From Amaricoccus sp. (GTDB taxonomy: Bacteria; Pseudomonadota; Alphaproteobacteria; Rhodobacterales; Rhodobacteraceae): 64,000 nucleotides of DNA. The stretch covers positions 29,013-93,012 of the forward strand of contig JAXMDF010000010.1 in assembly GCA_046348975.1 (NCBI GenBank). Direction: 5' to 3'. Each line of letters starts with the position of its first letter. The stretch's first letter is position 1. Below are positions 50,222 through 58,460 of the stretch, in pieces. The notes under the pieces were generated by a model. It saw only the letters and a program-made list of their open reading frames with translations, made no database searches and was not told the origin of the DNA. A program made the position numbers and the translations under genes.

Positions 50222-50551
50222 GCGGGCATGGCGAAATCGGTAGACGCAGCGGACTTGCAGGACGAGTGCCCGCGGGGAAACCCGCGGGGTCATAGCCGCT
50301 CAAATTCGGGGAAACCTCACGGGCCATCGATTGCATGGCCGACCGGTGGCGATCCCGAGCCAAGCCCTCCGGCGGAGGGAAGGTGTAGAGACTAGACGGG
50401 CGGGGCCTACAGCCGGATCCGGCCAGGGCCAAGGGATAGTCCAGACCACGAACGCCTCCCGAACGAATCCGGAAGGCGGCGGCGGAAGCCGAAGTGGTAC
50501 GAAAATCCGCTTCCTTCGGGAGTGCCGGTTCGAGCCCGGCTGCCCGCACCA
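50222..50551 (+). tRNA. tRNA-Leu(UAA), intron-containing (exons 50222-50256 and 50502-50551)
   Basis: Acceptor stem GCGGGCA/TGCCCGC plus ACCA, D-arm GCGAAATCGGTAGACGC, anticodon stem GCGGA/TCCGC with spliced loop CTT|AAAA, long variable arm, T-loop GGTTCGAGCC. Confidence 0.93.
50257..50501 (+). ncRNA. Group I self-splicing intron (tRNA/IC3-like), 245 nt, no ORF
   Basis: Inserted after U of the anticodon and ends in G; P1 exon ACTT pairs with intron GAGT (U.G at the splice site); core elements AAATTCGGGGAAAC, GATCCCGAGCC, GTGTAGAGACTAGACGGG, AAGGGATAGTCC. Confidence 0.93.
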
Positions 50552-50620
50552 GTTTAAGGCTCTCTTCACGGAATCGCCGCCAGTCTCGCCCGCGTTCAAG
50601 CCAAGCGGAGGATTTCCGGC

Positions 50621-52048
50621 GTGACCAGTCTCACCAGCAGCGAGTTCAAGCTCTCCATATCGCAATACCTGCTCGGCCTGAACTACGACCCCCGCGTCGT
50701 CCTCAGCGTCACTCCCGACGGCTCGACGACCGCGATCCCGCTCAAGGAGCGGACCTCGTCCAACAACGCCGTCATCATCTGCACCAAGACGAAGACCTCG
50801 CTCTCGAAGACCCTGAACGAGGTGGCGCTCCTCAGCCCCTCGACCGGCGTCGCCTTCCCCGGCGCGCTGATCCTCGCCAACGAGCAGCTCATGGACGGCC
50901 AGCCGACGCCGATCTCGCTGCCGCGCGGCACCTGCACGCTGTCGATCGACCTGCCCGGCATGCGCGAGCCCAGCGCGCGGCTCGTCCCGACCGAATCGTC
51001 GGTCCGGGAGTTCGTCAACGCCAAGCTCGAGGCCTGGAACGCCGGCGCCGCCCACGAGGGCTACGTGAACGCGGCCCGCTCGATGCTCAACATCTCGCAG
51101 GCCTTCTCGTCGCAGCAGCTGTCGCTGGAGCTCGGCTTCAACGCCAAGTGGGCGTCGGGCAACGCCTCCGCACAGCTCTCGACCACCTCGAACACCGAGC
51201 GGTCGGTGGTCGTCGCCTACTACAAGCAGGTCTTCTACACCGTGACGATGAACACGCCGGAGAACGCCGCCGACGTCTTCGGCGACGGCGTGACGGCCGA
51301 GAACGCGATGGCGGCCTTCGATGCCAGGAACCCGCCGGCCTATGTCCGCAGCGTCGACTACGGGCGGATCCTGATGGTCAAGATGGAGACCTCGTCGGTC
51401 GACACCTCGGCGAACCTCAAGGGCGCCTTCGAGCACGCGACCTCGGGCGGCGTGACCGTCGGGGGCGAGCTGAAGTCGAAGTACGAGAGCATCGTGCGGA
51501 ACGCGACCTTCACCGTGCTCGCGATCGGCGGCGGCGCCTCTACGCCGGTACAGCTCTTCCACGGCGCGGCCGACGGCGAGATCGCCGGGCTCAAGGAATA
51601 CATCCAGAAGGACGCGACCTACCGCCGCGACAACCCGGGCCTGCCGGTCGCCTACCAGGTGGCGTTCCTGAAGGACAACCGCTTCGCGACCATGGGTTTC
51701 ACCACCGACTACACCGAGACCCAGGCGGTCCGCTACCCGAACGGCTTCGTCCGCGTGCAGCACTCGGGCGCCTACGTCGCGCGCTTCGAAGTCACCTGGA
51801 CCGAGGCCGACGGGCAGGGCGAGTTCAACCAGAACCGCCGCTGGGAGTCGGGCGACAAGACCGCCGGATACTCGCAGCAGGTCGACCTGCCCGGCGACGC
51901 CCGCAACGTCCGGCTGAAGGCCTGGGCCGCGACCGGGCTGATCTGGGACAAGTGGGGCGAGATCTTCAACGTCGCGCTCGAGGGCCCCGACAACAGGACC
52001 TATCGCGCCAAGGGCACGACGCTGAACCGCAGCTGGGACCACGGCTGA
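50621..52048 (+). CDS. Cholesterol-dependent (thiol-activated) cytolysin family protein, 475 aa
   Basis: LNYD, FPGAL, SIDLPG, YKQVFYTV, PPAYVRSVDYGR, IGGG, PGLPVAY; domain 4 HSGAYVARF..W, undecapeptide-like AATGLIWDKWG, GTTL; GGAGGA RBS at 50607-50612. Confidence 0.93.
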   Translation: MTSLTSSEFKLSISQYLLGLNYDPRVVLSVTPDGSTTAIPLKERTSSNNAVIICTKTKTSLSKTLNEVALLSPSTGVAFPGALILANEQLMDGQPTPISLPRGTCTLSIDLPGMREPSARLVPTESSVREFVNAKLEAWNAGAAHEGYVNAARSMLNISQAFSSQQLSLELGFNAKWASGNASAQLSTTSNTERSVVVAYYKQVFYTVTMNTPENAADVFGDGVTAENAMAAFDARNPPAYVRSVDYGRILMVKMETSSVDTSANLKGAFEHATSGGVTVGGELKSKYESIVRNATFTVLAIGGGASTPVQLFHGAADGEIAGLKEYIQKDATYRRDNPGLPVAYQVAFLKDNRFATMGFTTDYTETQAVRYPNGFVRVQHSGAYVARFEVTWTEADGQGEFNQNRRWESGDKTAGYSQQVDLPGDARNVRLKAWAATGLIWDKWGEIFNVALEGPDNRTYRAKGTTLNRSWDHG

Positions 52049-52267
52049 CCCTGAGCTCGCGCGAATCGATGGCCGGAGGCCCGACATCTCCGGCCAATTT
52101 GCGATTGGCGCGCGGCACCGGGCGGTGATGACGACCACATCTCCTCCACAGCCCTCCAAGTCCCTCTCCTGGCGGGAAATCCGACCGGCGGTGCCTCTCC
52201 TGCGGCCGAGCCAAGGTCTCGGCCGACCCTTCAGAGCGGAAAACGCCGCAACGCCCGGCGTACGTCA

Positions 52268-52323
52268 TCAAGACGCACGATCTTGAAAATCAGGCTCGGA
52301 TCGCGTACATCTTGAATACGTAC
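52268..52323. promoter_or_regulatory. Putative autoregulatory operator of the TA pair
   Basis: Inverted repeat TCAAGA-N7-TCTTGA (52268-52286) and paired GTAC boxes (52304-52323) just upstream of an RHH antitoxin. Confidence 0.5.
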
Positions 52324-52334
52324 CATCTGCGAGG

Positions 52335-52622
52335 ATGACGGAGATGCCCCAAGCTGCCGTAGATGACAACAAGCGCATGAATCTGCGCGTTTCGCCGGAG
52401 ACCAAGGCCAAGCTGGTGCGCGCTGCCGCGCTGCGCAACACCGACTTGACCAACTTCGTGACCCAGTCCGCCTTGCGGGAAGCGGAAGCCGTCATCGAGG
52501 CGGCCGAAGTCGTTCGCCTGTCGGGGCGCGATCACGCGCGGGTGCTTGAGCTGCTGGAAAATCCGCCCAAGCCCAACGCAAGGCTGCGTGCGGCCATCGC
52601 AGCGTTGCCCGACACCCTATGA
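52335..52622 (+). CDS. DUF1778 (TacA/AtaR-like RHH) antitoxin
   Basis: KRMNLRVSPETKAKLVRAAAL, FVTQSALREAEAVI, LENPPKPNARL; the ATG at 52344 is an alternative start. Confidence 0.9.
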   Translation: MTEMPQAAVDDNKRMNLRVSPETKAKLVRAAALRNTDLTNFVTQSALREAEAVIEAAEVVRLSGRDHARVLELLENPPKPNARLRAAIAALPDTL

Positions 52623-53146
52623 CGCTTCCCGCCTGGAAAGAGGAAGCCATCGCGAAATCGCACGATCGTCAGTCCTTCGACTGCGGCGATCCGGCGATGA
52701 ACGACTTCCTCCGGCGCTATGCGCGCCAAAGCCACGAACAGAATGCCTCCAAGACCTTCTGCGCGATCGACGTCGCAACGCCCAATCGCGTCCTCGGCTT
52801 CTACACCATCGCTCCGTCCGCCGTGGCGCACGAGGTCGTGCCGGCGTCAATGACGAAGGGGCTGGCGCAGCACGAGGTTTCGGGATTCAAGCTGGCTCCG
52901 ATCGCAACCGATGTCACCGTCGGCGGTCAGGGCTTGGGCGGGCAACTTCTCGCGGCCGTGGCGCTGCGCTGCCTGCGGATCGCGGCCGAGACCGGCGGCG
53001 TGCTGCTGATAGTCGACGCCAAGGACGAGCGTGCCGCGCAATGGTATGCCGGCTATGGACCCGAGCCGTTGGAAGATAGGCCGCTCACCCTGGTCATGCC
53101 GCTGGTCACCTTTGCCGCCGACCTCAAGGCCAAGGGCCTCCTCTGA
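52619..53146 (+). CDS. GNAT acetyltransferase toxin (TacT/AtaT-like)
   Basis: HDRQSFDCG..MNDFL, GFYTI, GQGLGGQLL, VDAKDERAAQWY; ATGA overlap with the antitoxin. Confidence 0.88.
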   Translation: MTLPAWKEEAIAKSHDRQSFDCGDPAMNDFLRRYARQSHEQNASKTFCAIDVATPNRVLGFYTIAPSAVAHEVVPASMTKGLAQHEVSGFKLAPIATDVTVGGQGLGGQLLAAVALRCLRIAAETGGVLLIVDAKDERAAQWYAGYGPEPLEDRPLTLVMPLVTFAADLKAKGLL

Positions 53147-53572
53147 CCGCACGCGGCCCTCCGCTGCCGTCCGTCCATTCATGTCCTTCCCGAGCGAGAC
53201 CCATCCGAATGCTGGCCGCCGCCGCGGCGTGGCCAAGCCCGGCCCGCACCGAACCGTGTTGGGCCTGAAGCGTCGGAAGGCGGGCGGCGCACGCTGATCC
53301 TCGTGTTCGATCTGCAGGCCCGCCCGCGCGATGCTGTGCCAGCGGCGGTGCCGCCGGACCCGGTCGACGAGCCCACCCTGGAAGTTGCAGCGACGCCCAT
53401 GCCGATCCCGGTGGCAGCGGAGGCCGACCGCTGGTGCTGCGCCGACACCCGCTCCGGCGCGGTCACCGCCGCCAAGGGCTCCACGCTGGCGGCAGATATG
53501 ACGGGGGCGGTTGGCCTGCGTCCGGGGTGGACGCAGGCCGGGCCGCGGTGGCGACCTTCCGGCGGGCCGCGG

Positions 53573-54205
53573 TCAGAAGATGAAGTCGGCGTTCCCGAAG
53601 TTCGCGAGCTCGGCGTCGCTGACCACGATGACGGTCGAGTCGAAGGTGAAGCGCACGTCGTCGCCGACCTGCCGGCCGGCGGCGAGCACTCGGCCCGGGC
53701 CGAGGTCGAAGTCCTCGAGGTCGATCCGGTCGACGCCGTCGGTCCAGTCGGCGATCCGGTCGGTGCCGGTGTCGTCGTCGTCGAACTCGAAGATGTCGGC
53801 GCTGGCGCCGCCGAAGAGGGTGTCGTTGCCGGCGCCGCCGCTCAGCGTGTCGCGGTCGAGCCCGCCGTAGAGGGTGTCGCTGCCGGCGCCGCCGTCGAGC
53901 TCGTCCCGGCCGCTGCCGCCGCTCAGGAGGTCGTTGCCGGCCTCGCCGTCGAGCTCGTCGTTACCGTCGCCGCCGTAGAGCCTGTCGTTGCCGGTGCCGC
54001 CGTCGAGGTCGTCGTTGCCGAGCGCGCCGAAAACGAGGTCGTTGCCGGCGTCGCCGTCGACGTCGTCGTGGCCGCTGCCGGCGTAGATGCTGTCGTTGCC
54101 CGCGCGGCCGCGCAGCGTGTCGTTGCCGGCGAAGCCGTACATCAGGTCGGAGGCCGGTCCCCCGTTGAGGATGTCGCGCCCGTTCGTTCCGTTGATCGTC
54201 GCCAT
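53573..54205 (-). CDS. Small RTX (hemolysin-type Ca2+-binding repeat) protein
   Basis: More than ten GGxGxDxLx-type nonapeptides, DRIADW.DGVDRIDL, C-terminal DFIF typical of type I secretion substrates. Confidence 0.88.
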   Translation of the reverse strand: MATINGTNGRDILNGGPASDLMYGFAGNDTLRGRAGNDSIYAGSGHDDVDGDAGNDLVFGALGNDDLDGGTGNDRLYGGDGNDELDGEAGNDLLSGGSGRDELDGGAGSDTLYGGLDRDTLSGGAGNDTLFGGASADIFEFDDDDTGTDRIADWTDGVDRIDLEDFDLGPGRVLAAGRQVGDDVRFTFDSTVIVVSDAELANFGNADFIF

Positions 54206-54307
54206 GCTGGCTTCCTTCTTCCTTCGGGAGCGCACCGTGCGCCCCTCGCGGCGCACTTCTGCAACATCCGGGCTGACGCGGTTCTGACGCCGGGCGTCAG
54301 GCGGCCG

Positions 54308-55654
54308 TCAGGGAAGCGGAACGGCGGGGACCGCGAGGAGGACCGCGAGGCCGGGGGTCCGGTTTTGGACCGAGAGGCTGCCGCCGGCGGCCTCGGCGAC
54401 GTCGCTCGCGATCGCGAGGCCGAGGCCGGCGCCGGGGCCGGCGGTGTCGAGGCGGGCGCCGCGCGCGGTCATGCCGGCGAGGCGCGACTCGGGGATGCCG
54501 GGACCGTCGTCGGCGATCTCGATCTCGAGCATCGGGCCGGCGCGGCGGACGGCGACCGCGACGTGGGTCGCGGCGTGGCGGGCGGCGTTCTCCAGCAGCG
54601 CCCCGAGCGCCTCGGTGAGGTCGTCGGCGTCGACGCGGGCGCGGAGCGCGGGGGGCGCCTCGACGGTCCAGCCGACGCGGGCGCCGTCGGTGGTGCGGCG
54701 GATGACCGCGAGGAGCCGCTCGACGACGAGCGCCGGCGAGGAGGCGACGGCGCGGCCGGCGGTGGCGAGGCGCGCGCGGGCGAGCTCGCGGTCGACGTGG
54801 CGGCGCATGGCGTCGGCGATCGACTCGATGCCGTCGGCGGCCTCGGTGGCGCCGGCGGCGCGCAGCCGCCCGGCCTCGCCGATCAGCGCCTGCAGCGGGG
54901 TCTTGAGGCCATGCGCGAGGTCGCCGGCGCGGGTGCGGGCGCGGCGGGTCTCCTCCTCGCGCGCCTCCACCAGCGCGTCGACCTCGGCGGCGAGCGGGCG
55001 CACCTCGGCGGGGAAGTCCTCGCCGAGCCGGCTGGCGGCGCCGTCGCGGATCGCGGCGACGCGGGCGCCGACGGTCGCGAGCGGGCGGAGGCCGACCCGG
55101 ACCTGCAGCCAGCCGGCGACGGTCAGGAAGGCGGCGAGGAGCGCGAGGTAGGGCGCGAGGTCGCGGACGAAGGCGCGGGCGGCGTCCTGGAGCTGGGCGT
55201 TCTTCAGGCCGACCGCGATCCGCACGCCCTCCGGGGGGAAGCGCGGCGCGTAGACGGTGCGCTCGAGGACGAGGAGCGGCGCGCCGCCCGGGCCTGGGGC
55301 GAGGTGCTCGTGCGGGCGGCCGTCGCGCGGTTCGCCCGGCGGCAGCGCGATCGCGCCGTCCCAGAGCGAGCGGGAGGCGAGGGGGCCGTCCGGGGGCTCG
55401 ACCTGCCAGTAGAGGCCCGAGAGGGGCTGCAGGTAGCGCGGGTCGCTCGGCGGCGAGGCCATCCTGAGCCCGCCGGGGCCGGCGTCGAGGCCGGCGGCGA
55501 GCTGGTCGAGGTCGGCGGAGAGCTCGACCAGCGCGAGCCGGCGGACGTGGCGCTCGAAGAGGAGGTCGAGGCCGACGGCCGAGAGCACCAGCGAGGCCAG
55601 CACGGCGAGCGCCCCGGCGGCGACGAGGCGCAGGCGGATCGAATCGAGCTTCAC
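54308..55654 (-). CDS. Sensor histidine kinase (PhoQ/QseC-like)
   Basis: Two TM segments, H-box DLAHGLKTPL, LLENAARH, ADDGPGI, GLGLAI. Confidence 0.93.
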   Translation of the reverse strand: MKLDSIRLRLVAAGALAVLASLVLSAVGLDLLFERHVRRLALVELSADLDQLAAGLDAGPGGLRMASPPSDPRYLQPLSGLYWQVEPPDGPLASRSLWDGAIALPPGEPRDGRPHEHLAPGPGGAPLLVLERTVYAPRFPPEGVRIAVGLKNAQLQDAARAFVRDLAPYLALLAAFLTVAGWLQVRVGLRPLATVGARVAAIRDGAASRLGEDFPAEVRPLAAEVDALVEAREEETRRARTRAGDLAHGLKTPLQALIGEAGRLRAAGATEAADGIESIADAMRRHVDRELARARLATAGRAVASSPALVVERLLAVIRRTTDGARVGWTVEAPPALRARVDADDLTEALGALLENAARHAATHVAVAVRRAGPMLEIEIADDGPGIPESRLAGMTARGARLDTAGPGAGLGLAIASDVAEAAGGSLSVQNRTPGLAVLLAVPAVPLP

Positions 55655-55664
55655 CCGCGCGCCG

Positions 55665-56330
55665 TCAGCGGTCGGCGGCTTCGAGGAAGTAGCCGAAGCC
55701 GCGGCGCGTGCCGATGATCCCGGGGCCGAGCTTGCGCCGGAGCCGGGCGACGAGCGCCTCGAGCGCGTTCGCCTCGCGGGCGTCGTCGTCGCCGTAGAGG
55801 TGCTCGAGGAGCTCGGTCGGCGCCACGACCCGGTCGCGGTGCAGCGCGAGGTAGGCGACGAGCCGGTACTCGAGCGGCGAGAGCGCGAGCGGCACGCCGT
55901 CGAGCGACGCGGTCATCCGGTTCGCGTCGATCGCGAGGGCGCCGATCTGCTGGGTGGCGGCGCCGCGGCCGGCGGCGCGGCGGACGAGGCCGCGGGCGCG
56001 GGCGACGAGCTCCTCCATGTGGAAGGGCTTCGGCAGGTAGTCGTCGGCGCCGGCGTCGATGCCCTCGACGCGCTCGGTCCAGGCGCCGCGGGCGGTGAGG
56101 ACGAGGACGGGCGTGTCGCGGCCGGCGCTCCTCCAGCGCTTGAGGACGGCGAGGCCGTCCATGCGCGGCAGCCCGAGGTCGAGGACGATCAGGTCGTAGT
56201 CCTCGGTGTCGCCGAGGAACCAGGCCTCCTCGCCGTCGCCGCAGGTCTCGACGCGGAAGCCGGCGCTGCCGAGCGCCGCCGATAGGTCGCGCAGGATGCG
56301 CGGGTCGTCCTCCACCGCCAGCGCGCGCAT
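55665..56330 (-). CDS. OmpR-family response regulator
   Basis: VEDD, LDLGLPRMDG, GADDYLPKPF, RLRRKL, TRRGFGY. Confidence 0.95.
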   Translation of the reverse strand: MRALAVEDDPRILRDLSAALGSAGFRVETCGDGEEAWFLGDTEDYDLIVLDLGLPRMDGLAVLKRWRSAGRDTPVLVLTARGAWTERVEGIDAGADDYLPKPFHMEELVARARGLVRRAAGRGAATQQIGALAIDANRMTASLDGVPLALSPLEYRLVAYLALHRDRVVAPTELLEHLYGDDDAREANALEALVARLRRKLGPGIIGTRRGFGYFLEAADR

Positions 56331-56629
56331 CAGTCGTCGCCATCCTCGCCGATCGAGACGATCTCGCCGGTCACGGCGTCCGCCACCGCCTCGAGCAGGC
56401 GGCCGTCGGGGGTGATCAGCTCGAACTCGTAGACGTACTTGCCGTCCGCCTGCTCGAATTCCACCTCGATGACGCGGGCGTCGATGCGCTTCTCGACGAG
56501 GTCGAGGATGGTGACGAGCGGCAGCACCTCGCCGCGCTCGAGCGCCTCGCGCGCGCGGGTCATGTCGTCGAGCCCGGCGGTGGCGGGGCCGGCGGCGAGG
56601 AGGAGGGCGAGGGCGGCGGCGCGGCGCAT
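56330..56629 (-). CDS. PepSY domain secreted protein
   Basis: Signal peptide, GEVLPL, VIEVEFE, YEFELITPDGR, DAVTGEI; typical first gene of PepSY-RR-HK modules. Confidence 0.85.
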   Translation of the reverse strand: MRRAAALALLLAAGPATAGLDDMTRAREALERGEVLPLVTILDLVEKRIDARVIEVEFEQADGKYVYEFELITPDGRLLEAVADAVTGEIVSIGEDGDD

Positions 56630-56670
56630 GGGCCGCATCATGGCATGCGCCCGCTGACGCGACGCTGACG

Positions 56671-58392
56671 TCACGCGCCGCCGGTGCCGGCGAAGCGGGC
56701 GGCGAGGGCGGCGCTGCGGGCGTCGTCGAGCTTGGCGAAGAGGACGGCGGGGACGTCGAAGCCATGGCCCGGCGAGAGGGCTTGCAAGGCTGCTGCGACG
56801 TCGGTCGGCCAGGCAGCCTCTTCGAGGCGGAGGGCGGCCAGCATCGCGTCCGAGGTGTCGGGGAGGAAGGGGCGCGAGAGGGCGGCGTAGAGGCGGATCA
56901 GGTTGAGCGCGAAGCGGGTGATGGCGGCGGCGCGGGCGGGATCGGCCTTGATCGCGGTCCAGGGGGCGGCGGATTGCAGGTACTCGTTGCCGGCGACCCA
57001 GATGGCGCGGAGCTCCTGGCTGGCCTTGCGGAGCTCGATCGCATCCATCGCGGCCTCGTAGGCGGCGAGGCGGCGGGCGATGTCGGCGGCGACCGCGGTT
57101 TCGGCCTCGGTCCATGCGCCGCCCTCGGGGACGGCGTCGCCGAAGCGGGCGGCGGCAAACTTGGTGACGCGGCTGACGAAGTTGCCCAGCACGTCGGCGA
57201 GGTCCTTGTTCACCTGCGCCTGGAAGCTCTCCCAGGTGAAGTTCGAATCCGACCCCTCCGGCACGTTCGCCATCAGCCACCAGCGCCAGTAGTCCGACGG
57301 CAGGATCTCCAGCGCCTGGTCCATGAAGACGCCGCGGCCCTGGCTGGTCGAGAACTTGCCGTTCTCGTAGTTCAGGTAGTTGAACGACTTGATGTAGTCG
57401 ACGAGCTTCCACGGCTCGCCGGAGCCGAGGATGGTGGCGGGGAAGCTCAGCGTGTGGAAGGGGACGTTGTCCTTGCCCATGAACTCGACGTAGGTGACGT
57501 CGGCGGCGCCCTCGTCGGTGCGCCACCAGCGGCGCCAGTCGGCGTCGGTGCGGCCCGTCGCCTCGGCCCATTCGGCGGTGGCGCCGATGTACTCGATGGG
57601 CGCGTCGAACCAGACGTAGAAGACCTTGCCTTCCATGCCGGGCCAGGGCTCGGTGCCATGCTTCACGGGGATGCCCCAGTGGAGATCCCGGGTGATCGAG
57701 CGGTCCTGCAGCCCGTCGCCGTCGTCGAGCCATTTCAGCGCGATCGAGGTGGAGAGGACCGGCCAGTCGGTCTTCGACTCGATCCAGGCGCGGAGCTCGT
57801 CGCGCAAGAGGCTCTGGCGCAGGTAGAGGTGCTTCGTCTCGCGGATCTCCAGGTCGGTGGAGCCGGAGATCGCCGAGCGGGGGTCGATCAGGTCGGTGGG
57901 GTCGAGCTGCTTGGTGCAGTTCTCGCACTGGTCGCCGCGGGCGCGCGGGTAGCCGCAGTTCGGGCAGGTGCCCTCGACGTAGCGGTCGGGCAGGAAGCGG
58001 CCGTCGGCCGGGGAGTAGATCTGCCGCTCGACCACCTCCGATATCAGGCCGTTGTCGGCGAGCTTGCCGGCGAAATGCTGGGTCAGGGCATGGTTCTGCG
58101 GGCTCGACGAGCGGCCGTAGTGGTCGAAGGAGAGGCGGAAGCCCTCGACGAGCTCCTTCTGGATCGCCCAGAGCCGGGCGCAATAGTCCTCGACCGGCTC
58201 GCCGGCCTGGGCGGCGGCGATCTCGGCCGGGGTCCCGTGCTCGTCGGTGGCGCAGATCAGCAGGACTTCATGGCCGCGCGCGCGCAGGTAGCGGGCGTAG
58301 ACGTCGGACGGCAGCTGGCTGCCGACGAGGTTGCCGAGGTGCTTGACGCCGTTGATGTAGGGCAGCGCGGAGGTGATGAGGAAGCGGGCCAT
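56671..58392 (-). CDS. metG: Methionine--tRNA ligase
   Basis: [23 protein letters not shown], Zn knuckle CPNC..CENC, YVWFDAP, KFSTS. Confidence 0.97.
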   Translation of the reverse strand: MARFLITSALPYINGVKHLGNLVGSQLPSDVYARYLRARGHEVLLICATDEHGTPAEIAAAQAGEPVEDYCARLWAIQKELVEGFRLSFDHYGRSSSPQNHALTQHFAGKLADNGLISEVVERQIYSPADGRFLPDRYVEGTCPNCGYPRARGDQCENCTKQLDPTDLIDPRSAISGSTDLEIRETKHLYLRQSLLRDELRAWIESKTDWPVLSTSIALKWLDDGDGLQDRSITRDLHWGIPVKHGTEPWPGMEGKVFYVWFDAPIEYIGATAEWAEATGRTDADWRRWWRTDEGAADVTYVEFMGKDNVPFHTLSFPATILGSGEPWKLVDYIKSFNYLNYENGKFSTSQGRGVFMDQALEILPSDYWRWWLMANVPEGSDSNFTWESFQAQVNKDLADVLGNFVSRVTKFAAARFGDAVPEGGAWTEAETAVAADIARRLAAYEAAMDAIELRKASQELRAIWVAGNEYLQSAAPWTAIKADPARAAAITRFALNLIRLYAALSRPFLPDTSDAMLAALRLEEAAWPTDVAAALQALSPGHGFDVPAVLFAKLDDARSAALAARFAGTGGA

Positions 58393-58460
58393 GGGGTCCC
58401 CGGTTGGTGGTTCGGCCGAGATAGGCGAAATCGCGCCGGCTTGCCAGTGCGCGGGCGGCG

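Noticed and set aside
50019-50624. ORFs overlapping the tRNA and intron (50019-50549 minus, 50331-50624 plus) as a homing endonuclease
   Set aside because: No LAGLIDADG, GIY-YIG or HNH motifs; the intron is fully accounted for by RNA structure.
53250-53572. Possible short ORF or integrase remnant downstream of the TA pair
   Set aside because: No recombinase motifs or convincing coding signal.
53780-54200. Periodic 27-bp-like repeats (GTCGTTGCCG...) as a possible CRISPR or tandem array
   Set aside because: They encode the RTX nonapeptides; there are no identical repeats with unique spacers and no cas genes.
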